Source of the DNA: Anolis carolinensis
Taxonomy: Eukaryota
NCBI RefSeq assembly: GCF_035594765.1
Contig: NC_085847.1
Span: forward strand, 6,572,001 to 6,636,000
Length of the DNA: 64,000 bases
Direction of reading: 5' to 3'
This document shows, one piece after another, positions 28,180 through 43,200 of the stretch (position 1 is its first letter; every line of letters starts with the position of its first letter). A model generated the notes under the pieces. That model searched no databases and was not told the origin of the DNA. It saw nothing but the letters and a program-made list of their open reading frames with translations. The position numbers and the translations under genes were made by a program.

Positions 28180-29410
28180 ATCCTAAAGTTACAAATGAGG
28201 TTGGGAAGGGGTCGGTTGGAGCAATCAGATTCATAGTAGCCATGATTGTGATTAATATTTCATTATTATTATTATTATTATTTGGTCATTATTACCACGC
28301 CTCCCGCTGAGGAAAAGCGGGCAACCCATAAGATATGGATATGTGTCTTATTATTACTATTATTTATTCCAAAGAGACATTATTGTTATGTTAAGAATAA
28401 TATATTATTAGATTATAATATTCTAAAGTTAAAAATGATGCTAAGAAGGGGTCGGTTGGGAGGCATTATTTTAGCTACTATTATGATTAGTATTTCACTA
28501 TTATTAACTATGTGGTTTTTAAACTTGGTGGTTTTTTAATACATTATAACTGTATCCTCAATTCGCATCTAACACAAAAAATAATAAACTATGGTAATCA
28601 TATTTTGATTTTTGTTATTCTCAAGCCTTTAGGATAAAAGGATAATCATATTATTATTATTATTACTACCACTACGATTATTTCTTCCACAGAGACATTA
28701 TTATAATATTCTAAAGTTAAAAATGATGTTAGGAATGGGTCAGTTGGGAGGCATTTGGGGCAATTACATTCATATTACATTAATTCATATTACATTAGCT
28801 ATTGTTATGAATAATTATATTTTTATTATTAATCATGGTTATGGTTATTATATCTTGATTTTTGTTATTCTCAAGCCATGAGGATAAAAGAATAATAATC
28901 ATTTTATTATTATTGTTGTTTTTTTCATAGAGACATCATTATTATAATATCATACAGTTACAAATGATGTTAGGAAGGGATTGGTTGGAGCAATGATTAA
29001 TATTGGCAATTGTTGTAATTAGCATTTCACTATTATTAATTATTATTATATTTTGGCTGTTATTACCACGCCTCTAGCCATGAGGAAAGGTGGGCAGCCA
29101 ATAAGATAAGGATAAGAATGTTTCTTATTATTGTTATTAGTATTATTATTACCATTTTTTCCACAGAGACCTCATTGTTATAATATTCTAAAGTTAAAAT
29201 GATGTTAGGAAGGGGTCGGTAGTGAGGCATTTGGGGCAATTTATATTATGTTAGCTATTATTATGAGTTGTAATTCTGTTTTATTATTAATAATAATCGT
29301 AATAATATTTTGATTTTTGTTATTCTCAAGCCATGAGGATAAAAAACCAGTTATCATCATAAGGAATATGTGCCAAAATATTGCCATTATTATTATATTT
29401 CCTATCACAG
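28180..29410. repeat. AT-rich ~235-290 bp tandem duplication, 5 units, in DYNLL1 intron 1
   Basis: Anchor CTAAAGTTAAAAATGATGTTAGGAAGGGGTCGGTTGG recurs at ~28183, 28423, 28711, 28953 and 29188. Confidence 0.85.
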
Positions 29411-29800
29411 AGAAAACACAATAACTTTTAAAAATATATTTATTCAAAAATAGTAGAGATGTTTAAACACAGACGAGAATAAAATAGGGTTGTGGGAAAG
29501 TGCAAGTTTTCTAACCATTGGGAGCTTTACATTGGGCATGATAGGAAGGGGGTTGGATTGGATGGCCTTTCGGGGTGTTCACATTACATTCTGAAACTGG
29601 AAAAGAATCAAGCAACTGGAGGAGACAAGTCCTGAAATGCAGGATGAAAATGGCAAAATGAGGTTTGCTGCCTGCGTTTCAAACGGGGCGCCCCGAAGGG
29701 CATGGCCTAGAGCCACTTTTGGAGGGTCGTTCAGGGTCCTTTTGGGGGTGGATGATGATGGTCTTGAAATGCAGGGAGCTACTTGGTTGGCTGTGTGTAA

Positions 29801-30883
<1,083 letters not shown>

Positions 30884-31881
30884 ATAATGGGACTGTTCCA
30901 CCCGAAGATGCGTTTGGTGACGGGACGAACACGCTAATTCCAAATAGACTGACGTCTTCAGCCTTCCCCAGGGAACACACTTTGGTTCTTTAAGCCTTTT
31001 GTTTAATGGACAGGTACTCCTCTGTACCAATTTGTGGTTTTGTTGTGGCCATAAAAAAATAGCAAAAAAAAAAAAAAGACTGAATGTATTTTCTTTCAAA
31101 AAAGAAGTGTTGGTTCCGTTTCCTAATAAAATGGTTGGGAATACTCAATCACTATAGTAACTCCTGTACACAGCCCAGCTGATCTATAGGACCATCTCAT
31201 TTGGCATTGTTTAATGCAAATTATTTAAATATTCCTCATTTTTTTCACCCTTGCTCAAGACTACACAGTTCCTATGCAGGAATTTAAATACCTTCTGGCT
31301 CATAGGAATAATCAGATATTATAGTCTAAATATCACTAAGGACTGAATCTAAATAAAATAGACACATTGACAGCATTGCTGGTTGGGTAAATAATGATTA
31401 ACATTTACAATAATTTAACATTGTGGGGTCTAGCATTAATATTAGCCTCCGGCTGTGCTGTTTCATGCCGCAGGGAAAAAACAGGTGACATCTTGCATTG
31501 ATAAGCATCATAGGGTTCCTTACTACACCGAAGAGCACAATCCAACCATTGTGTTATACTAGAATGAAGTATGAAGTGGGGTTTTCCGCTTGCATTCATG
31601 GTCAACGTGCTGGTTAGGACTGGATTGCACCATTTCTGTTCAACATAGCTTCAGTTGCAACGGTGGGTTTGTAGTGGTTTGATCAAGTTGCCTAGTAATG
31701 GATACTGCTACTGTATGTCACAACTGATAAGAAATGCTGATCTTCAAAAATAAAGGCTTTGCCATGATCTCACAAAGCAATGCAAGTGTTCTGCAGACAC
31801 ACCTCGACATAAGAGAGCGCTATGACAAGATCTCACACACTGGAATGAAACGAGAAAAATCTGAAAACCTAAATATTTGCT

Positions 31882-31890
31882 TTTAATAAA
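31882..31890. terminator. Overlapping polyA hexamers: ATTAAA (minus, COQ5) and AATAAA (plus, possible distal DYNLL1 site)
   Basis: TTTAATAAA between the convergent DYNLL1 and COQ5 3' ends. Confidence 0.5.
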
Positions 31891-32272
31891 TATAACAAAA
31901 TATCACTCACATTCCTATATGGGATAGAATAGATCAAGGCTACTTAGAAATACAGGCTTTTATGGACCAGTTTGTCTTCCATCTTTGGCACCCACTACTA
32001 CATTCAGCGGTAGAAAAAGAATTCTTGGAACCTTAGAATGAAAACATTCTTTAAAAAACCCTAATGGGATATAAAAGTGATTTTTTTCTCAAGTCCTAGT
32101 TTCAAGCGGTAGAGGCCTTGGGGTGTTGTTATCCAGCACAACAAAGAGACACTTGAACACTTGCCCCCTTCCAAGACTTGCAATGTCTCATGATTCTTCC
32201 AAGGGATGAATTCTCATTGGCAGTGTGTGTGCTGGAAGGCCCAACTGGGTGAATTTATAATACCGGAAAACA

Positions 32273-35217
<2,945 letters not shown>

Positions 35218-35440
35218 CTTGGCCGCCCTCCCACCTCAGCCTCAGGGGGGCGGTCCCGCCCTTTCCTCGCCCCGCCCCCAAACCCAGGAGCATGCGCTGT
35301 GGTGCCACCCTGTGACGTCAGTGTGGGGACGCCCTGGAAAGGAGGGCACCCCCCTCCCCCTCCCTCTTCCTGGGAAGGCTCGGCTTCTCTTGGGCGCTTG
35401 TGCTTCCCAGAGCAATGTGCGCAGACCGGTGGAGCCACTC
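35218..35440 (-). promoter_or_regulatory. COQ5 promoter
   Basis: YY1 consensus CAAGATGGCGGC spanning the start codon; GC boxes; NRF1-like GCATGCGC (~35290); full CRE TGACGTCA at 35313-35320. Confidence 0.7.
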
Positions 35441-35534
35441 TTCATGGCCCCTTGGCTGGACAAGAACAGTCTTGGAATAGCATGAGGTGGAGAATTACAC
35501 CTTATTACTTGAAAAAAAATGGGACATGCACATA

Positions 35535-35834
35535 CAGAAGAGTCTCACTTATCCAACGTTCTGGATTATCCATTTTTGTAGTCAATGTTTTCAATACATT
35601 GTGATATTTTGGTGCTAAATTCGTAAATACAGTAATTACTACATAACATTAATGTGTAATGAACTACTTTTTCTGTCAAATTTGTATAACATGACGTTTT
35701 GGTGCTTCATTTGTAAAATCATAACCTATTTTGATATTTAGTAGGCTTTTTCTTAATCTCTCCTTATTATCCAACATATTCGCTTATCCAACGTTCTGCC
35801 GGCCCGTTTATGTTGGAGAAGTGAGACTCTGCTG
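35535..35834. mobile_element. Tc1/mariner (Tigger-like) MITE, opposite orientation, between the COQ5 and RNF10 promoters
   Basis: TA|CAGAAGAGTCTCACTTATCC...AAGTGAGACTCTGCTG|TA; internal sequence is the reverse complement of 14680-14999. Confidence 0.85.
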
Positions 35835-36144
35835 TATGTACTTCGATGTGTCTATTGAAACGAGCAGGACAGGCTTCTCTCCCTGCCCTGACACTGTGGG
35901 ATGAAGGCAATTGGATGCCACTTGAAGGGAAGTTCCAGTTTTGCCAAATCTGTAGCCTTCTCTGCCAAAGAGTGCTGGGGCCTGTCCAGCTACAATACAT
36001 CATATGAAATGCTATCGTAATTATAAAAAAGATTCCCTTTGTTTCATGTCCTTCACGCGAGGTTTTGAAGCAGAGGTGGGAGGGCCGTCTGTCGGGAGAG
36101 CTTGGATGGTATACAATAAAAGCATGATTATGATTGTTGTTGTT

Positions 36145-36288
36145 CTAGGGTCAATATAGTTATGTGCATTATAGAATTAGGCCAGAGTCATCCGATGCAG
36201 TTCCATGCACTGTAGGGTCCATACAGATTCATCTGACACAGTTACATGGATTATAGGGCCAATATAGACTCATCTGATGCAGTTCTAT
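36145..36288. repeat. Degenerate ~3 copies of the same 41-bp unit
   Basis: CAGTTACATGGATTATAGGGCCAATATAGACTCATCTGATGCAGTT. Confidence 0.8.
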
Positions 36289-36329
36289 GGGCAAACTTGG
36301 GCCCTCCAGGTGTTTTGGACTCCCAACTC

Positions 36330-36985
36330 CCACAATTCCGAGGGCGGGCGGGCCCAAGTGTGCGCGCGCCGGAGCGGGAGAAGCGCCCTGGAAGCGCCAC
36401 AAGAAGCGCTTTTGGAGCCCGGCCTGCCTTGGAGCCCGTTCCTTTGACGTCACAAAGGCCCACGACACAATGCCCGCCGGGAGGCGTAGTCCCTTTTCGA
36501 GCGCCCGCTGGGCGCCGTCCTCATTCCTCTCCGGAGGAAGGGACCACGAGCTCCAGCATGCATTGCAGCCGAGGCTCGCCCCGCCTTTGCCTATAAGTAC
36601 CTCCATCCGGGGCTTTGGCAGGGCACTGCTGTTTGGCGACTCGTCGCCATTAAGGGGCAGCGGCGGCGGGGCTGTTTGGGCGGCCCGGGGGGCTCCCTTG
36701 GGCGGCGAGCGGCGAGCGGCGAGCGCTCCTTCCTTCCTTCTTTCCGTCCGTCCCTCCCTCCCTCCCTGTCCCCTGCTCTCCGCGGCCTGCCTGGCTCGGC
36801 CCCACCACCCCTCGGTTCTTTTCGGGAGGCCAACGATGTCGCCATGAGGGAGGCCGAGAGGAGCGCGCCGCGCCGACCCCGTCGCCGCCGGGCCATGCGC
36901 CTGGCCTTGGGCTTGGGCCTCGCGTCCTCATCCCCGCTCTCGCTTCTTCTTCGTCTCCACAGCGGCGCCGCGGAGGCGCCTTTGG
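36330..36985 (+). promoter_or_regulatory. RNF10 promoter and long GC-rich 5'UTR
   Basis: CpG island; CRE TGACGTCA at 36445-36452; GC box CCCCGCC and TATAAG (~36592); uATGs at 36836, 36844 and 36895. Confidence 0.7.
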
Positions 36986-37182
36986 ATGCTCCAGAGCCCC
37001 GCGCCGGGAAGCCCAGCGGTTGCGGCGGCGGCAGTGGTAGTTGCCACGGCGGCAGCGGCAGCCAACCCTCCGGCAGACAGGATGGACAAGAGCAGCCCCT
37101 GCGGCTCCGGGCCCGGCCCCGGCGCCTCCGCCTCCTCCTCCTCCTCGGCCGGCGCCGCCAAAGGACAGCCGCCGCGCTCTAA
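36844..37182 (+). CDS. Upstream ORF overlapping the RNF10 start out of frame (112 aa; second in-frame ATG at 36895)
   Basis: gccATGAGG at 36844 and gccATGCGC at 36895, open to TAA at 37180-37182. Overlaps the RNF10 CDS by 197 nt in another frame. Translation is inferred, not shown. Confidence 0.5.
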   Translation: MREAERSAPRRPRRRRAMRLALGLGLASSSPLSLLLRLHSGAAEAPLDAPEPRAGKPSGCGGGSGSCHGGSGSQPSGRQDGQEQPLRLRARPRRLRLLLLLGRRRQRTAAAL

Positions 37183-37240
37183 CTCCGCCGGGCCCGCCGG
37201 GGGAGAGTCCAAGCCCAAGGGCGGTAGGTCCCGGAATTCA

Positions 37241-37271
<31 letters not shown>

Positions 37272-40200
37272 ACACGCCTCCACTCTTGGGCTCGTCCTGA
37301 GGGATCGAGTCCCCGGGACCCGCTGACAGCTGAGGCCTAGCACAGCCACGGCTGCCCTGCCCCGCCCCGCCGGTTCTTTTGGGACTCCCCACAGCAGGAA
37401 CCCTGGGGGTTGAAGTCCAAAGCCCCTCTGCGACTCTGGTGCTACAGGTGTTTGGGACTTCAGCTCCCAGGAGCCTCTGCGAGCTTTGGTAAACACGGCT
37501 CTCTCTGAGGCCTAGCACAGCAGTGGCACTTCTGAGGCACTTCCCTGAGGCGTTGAAGTCCAAAGCCCCTCTAGAGCTGTGGTTCTCAACCTGTGGGTCC
37601 TCCAGTGCTTTGGCCTACAACTCCCAGAAATCCTCCCCCCCCCCCCTCAGCCACTTCAGGAAGGGGCCTGAGGCAGAGATTTCTGCGAGTTGTAGGACAA
37701 AACACTTGAGGACCCACAGGTTGAGAACCACAGCTCCAAAACTATGGTGCTACAGGTGTTTAGTACTTCAGCCCCCAGAAGCCCCTGCTGCTGTGGCCAA
37801 GGAGCAGGCACTCTGGGAATTGAAGTCCCTGGCCCCAGAGATTAGGAAACCCTGCCTTGTTGACACCTGAGGCCTAGCCTAGCGATGGCTGTCAAACTCA
37901 AGTCCTTTGGGTATTTTGGACTTCCACTCCCAGAAGCCTCCGCTGCCTTGGGCAATGGGCAGGGCCTCTGGGGGCTGAAGTCCGACAGCCCTGGAAGGCC
38001 AGAGGTTGGGACACATTCATGGTGAAAGGAATGCCTTGGCTCCTTGCGACAGAAGCACAGGAGGAGGAGTTTTGGGAGTGTTTTCCCTTTCCCAGATCCC
38101 GTGGCAGCAGAAGGGGTGTCAAACTGGATTAATTTAAGAGTGTAGATGCACCCTTAGCTTCCTTCTCCCCACCCAAATGCCCATTTCCTGTTCTTTGGCA
38201 CCTGCATACAAAACGCCTCAGGAGGGTTCCCTGGATTATCTAGATTTCCTTTGAGGAAACGATAAGGCTCCTTTCAGGGAGTTGGGGGGCCCTAGTTGTT
38301 GTCAGCCGTTGCTCTGTCAGACGTGGCCTCCCCAAGTCCAAACACAAAATAAGTGGCGTGCATGTCATTTTATTTACAGTATTTTTATTTAATTTTGAGT
38401 GACACGAAGCCGAGCTTGTGAATATTGAACCCGTCGGAAAGACACTGTTTCCATGTTTGCTGTGTACCAGAGTTTGGACTCAGGTCCCTAGGAAACTGCT
38501 TTTTCCAGAAATATGTGTTTTTTGTTTACTTAAGAGTTGTTTTGGATTTTTTTTTTAATGAGTGGCTTTTTGACAAATGTTGTGAATGCCTGGATAGCTC
38601 ATACGTCCTTAAAAAGGCTTCACTAGAAACTGTCTTGCGAAAGAAGTGCATTGGGCAGATGAGTGTCAGCAGCTGCTGGAGCTTTCAGCCTTTGTTGGGA
38701 GACGTAGGTACAACCTTTCCCAATCAGGAAACCCCTGAATTAAAATCATTATAGCTAGTTTTTGTGGGGGGAAAACTATTCTTTAAGTCTCTGACTTTGG
38801 CAGAATCCCTAGTGAGCTCTCTCAGAACCCTTGAATTGAATGTGAGGCCCTCTCTCCCATCCCTTTGTTGCTGATGTTATTTCTCCCTCCTAAGCTGTCA
38901 ATTGTTACTGCCCTAGACAGTTTTGTCTTTTGCTGGAGCTAAATCAATTTCAATGATCTCAGGATATTGCAAAATTGTAGAGTCTCGGTTTAATATCTTA
39001 GCTCATTTCAGAGTCTAGTAATATGCTGTCGGAGCAGCAAGACTGTATAGTGTGGGGCATTTTTTGATGATGACTGGAGCAGTGATAGTCCAATCATAAG
39101 AGAGCTGGTTCTGCTGGGTTGTGTTGTTGTGTGCCTTCAAGTCATTGCCATCCTGTAGATCACAAGGGATTCATAGCAAGATTCATTCAGGGGTGGTTTA
39201 CCAGCATTGCCTTCCTCTGATGTTGAGAGAAGGTGACTTCCACAAGGTCAGTTGATGGGTTTTCATAATTGATCCAACTCCGGAAGAGTCCAAACCAATA
39301 TACCATATGGGGTTTAGTATCCAATGCATCCTGTTTCCAGTATGTTGCCCTTATTTGAGGCCTAGTACTTCTACAAACCTTGCTTCTCAGGCTAGAGGCC
39401 GTTCTTACTGTGGAACAGACCCATAGAAATGTCAGGCATGAAAACATCCTCTCAACAGCCCAAAGCCTGGGTAAATAATGAGCGGCTTTGCTTGCCAGCA
39501 GAAGGAGAACAAAGAGAGGGCAAGGAGAGCTTCTTGTGGAAGGACGTTCCGTGGCTCTTGGCCTCATGCTTGTGACGAAAACGAAGGTCTTTGAAGGGAG
39601 TTGTTACTGCTAGTAAGGAACGTAGCGTCATGATAACAGGGTTTTGGTTGAGCGAGGGGTACTTTCTTTCCTTGCGCGGAGTGGCCGTGTGTGCAAACAC
39701 TGATTGTGTTGTAATCTGCCTGGGCAGCAGTGCAAATGGCGGAGCCTCATGATGTAATCCAATAATCCTATTAAGGTCAGTGTGGCAGTTCTTCTGTTGC
39801 AGGATGGCTGGTCTGTTATGGGTCGGCTGTCACCAAAGGCCCACTTGTCAAGGAGGAGCCTTCAGAAGGGCCCTGGCTTCTCTTGGGGGCTCCACAATCC
39901 CTATTCCGTAGGAGACTAAATTGCAGACATTCTCAGTCATGTGAAGGTGCTTTTGTATACATTTGATATGTTAAAAGAACACTGCATTCATGCAATTACA
40001 AAGAATCAAGAATTAAACAAAATCTGCTGGTATGTGGAAACAGAAGAAAATACCTCATTTTTATGTTCAGCATCTATAATGTTTATTGGTTTGTGTGTGA
40101 TGAGATCTTATGTGTGAGGTTTATATTCAGCCTCAACATGGCCTAGCAGTGGGTTCTTTCTTAGAAATGCTTTATACTGTCACAATGACAAGAAAAAAAA

Positions 40201-43200
40201 TACATTTAGAGGGGACTGTTGGTAGGAAAGCTGACTTTGTGCTACAGATTTCACAATGTGTTGCTGAGGGATGAAACCTTCCGCCTGTAGATGCAATTGA
40301 AAAGGCAAAGATTTCCCTAAACATATTTTGTAAATGAATGTGGATGTAGTATACACAAAGATCCGAGTTCTTTGGTCACCTTGAGTCATTTCTGTTGATC
40401 TTCACAGCAGCTTTCAATACCGTTGACCATATTATTTTTTGGATCTCTTGGTCTGGGATATATATAGGAGTCTGAATTATTTTGTATGCTACTTAAAATG
40501 AAATTTCACCTGTGCTTGATAGCCAGCTATTGCTTTGGCATGGTCGAAGCAACCTGACTTAAAAGGGCTGCTTTTTAATTGAGTTAATGAACAGCATAGT
40601 CAGGCCCCCATTTTCCATTCCCAGTACTTTCACTGTTAACATCGAGCCTTCTCTCTTTTTAGATGGAAAAAATGCGAATGGATCCAAACAGCGTTATAAC
40701 CGTAAACGAGAAGTCTCATATCCCAAAAATGAGGGCTTCTCGGGCCAGTCCCGTCGCTCCGCTTCACAGAAAAGCAAAGCTTTTAATAAGGTGCCTCCTC
40801 AGAGAGGAGGACAAGGCAGCGGCGGCAAGCCTTTTAGCTCTTCTTCTAATGGTGGAAGACGAGATGAGGTGAGAGCTACACACATTGATATGGTGATATA
40901 AAGATTAGTTTTCCATAGAAAGAAGTGTGAGTGGTATTTTATGGGAAACCGTGGATGCTTGGTACGTACAGGGATCCTGTAAAGTGCTTTTACTCCCCTC
41001 TTCCACTGGATATGATGACAGGCATGAGTAAACATCACTGCTTTTGTGCAGTCAGAATAGAGTCATGTTTCCAATACATTACTGGTTTGCGTTGATGAAA
41101 CGAGTGTGTTTCGCTTACAGAATTAATGGAGGCAAAGAAGGAATGTAAATGGTACGGGACTGGACTGGATGGCCCTTGGGGTCTCTTCCAATTTTATGAT
41201 TATTTATTTATTTATTTTTCAAACTTATATGCCGCCACTCCCCTAGGGCTCAGAGCGGCTTACAAGAACCAGCTAAAATCAACAATTTAAAAAACATTTT
41301 AAAAACATCCTAAAAGCACCTTTTAAATTATTATGTGTTAAAAAGCTATACTGAGAATTCTAACCATATAAATACCAGGTTGACTTCATGTCACGCTGTG
41401 TAGATGCATTCACTATAGCTTTACAGTGAATGAAAATTATCCCAGCAGCTTGACTTGTGAATTTATTCCTAATTGAATCATTCTGAGGTATAAGAGTCAG
41501 GCAACTGATTGGTTTGAGCGTTGCTGTCTGTTACTTTATCTGCTGACGCTGCTTCTTCCATTAAAACATTGGATGCAGAAACCTTTGTAGCCACTTCTCC
41601 ATAGCTTTGCGCGTGTTTGTTTAAGTGGCCTTTATCTAAGCTTCTTGTTGGGCCGTGCATCCCAACGTTACATACATTAAGTCATTTAAACATCATAATA
41701 AGCATGCAGTTCCAGGGAAAGAAAGCTGACTCAGAAAATTGTTCTTCCATGCATCAGCCACTCGCTGACTAGTTTAAAAGCAGGTTTGTAAAGAAAAAGC
41801 TCACTGAAATGGTTGAGGAGATGCAGGGAGGCACATCTCCAGTGGAAGTGGCTCAATGGCCGTGATGTGGCCCTTTGCAAATGCTTTCTTGGTATGTCTT
41901 TCTAGGTAGCAGAGGCCCAACGGGCAGAGTTCAGCCCTGCCCAGTTCTCTGGCCCCAAGAAGATTAACCTGAACCATTTGTTGAATTTTACCTTTGAGCC
42001 TCGTGGCCAGGCCGGCCACATTGACGGGAGCGGCCGTGGCACTTGGGGGAGAAGGAACAAGTGGGGCAACAAGCCTTTCAGCAAGGAGCTCTTCCTCCAG
42101 GCCAAGTGAGTGGGTCCATACTGGTTCAGATCCCCGTGAGAGGTTGCCAGCCATCTGTACAGGTGGGCTTTCGTGGCAGCCAGGTGTCCCTGTTGTGGTT
42201 GCATTGCCATTTCCATAGCCCTTGTGCCATGGGTATGACTCCTGAATCTCATTCCTTGCTCATGTGCCACACAGAGCGACACAGCTCTGATTGGGAAAGC
42301 CAGTTCTGTCCTAGTCCTGTGCCCAAAATAATTTCAAAACCAGAAAATCCTAGGATTGGATTAATGTGCCGTTAGTTGATCATTGTTATATGGGATTCTC
42401 TGTTCCAAAGCCTTTATTTCTTTTCCCAGTTGCCAGTTTGTGGTGAGCGATGACCAGGACTACACAGTCCACTTCTCTGATCCAGACACTTTGGTCAACT
42501 GGGACTTTGTGGAACAAGTGGTTAGTAGGAACCGGCTTGCCGTAGAAGTCTTTATTAGCGGCCACTTATTTTCTAAACGAACCTGTCGCTCAGCTTTATC
42601 CTCATACAAGACAGTGTGGGAACAAGCTTTAGAAACATATATGTATGTGTGTGTGTTGGGGGGAGATGGGAGAACATTAAGGTAATTTAATACGTTGGGA
42701 TAAGACTTTAGCAAAAGCTGTTTAGCAAGCCCTCATTCTGTGTTGCTGCTGTTTGTTGTACTGTATAATTGCATTATTGGTTAGTGTTTGTTGTTTTACT
42801 TGAGAGGATAGAAAGAATATGAGTCTTACAGTTAAGTGTTTATCTTGAAAACCATGCAAGTGTTCAAGTATTGTTGGACTGCAACTCCCAGCATTCATCA
42901 CCATTAGCTATCCTGGCAAGGGTTGATGGGAGTTGCCATCCAGCAACATCTGTTGGGCCTTATGATTCCCACTCAGGCCCCAAGGGGAAGATACTCCCAG
43001 TAGACCTATAGAGCAGCCTCTTCGACCTGCGACCCTCCAGGTGTTTTGTACTTCAGCTCCCAGAACTCCTGACCATTGAACAAGCTGGGAGTTGGAGGCC
43101 CAGACACCTGGAGGGCCGCAGGTTGAAGAGGCCTGCCATAGAGAGCGATACACCGGATTCTTTTGGCACTTTCCAGCGGATTTGCAGCCACGAAGTGCCG

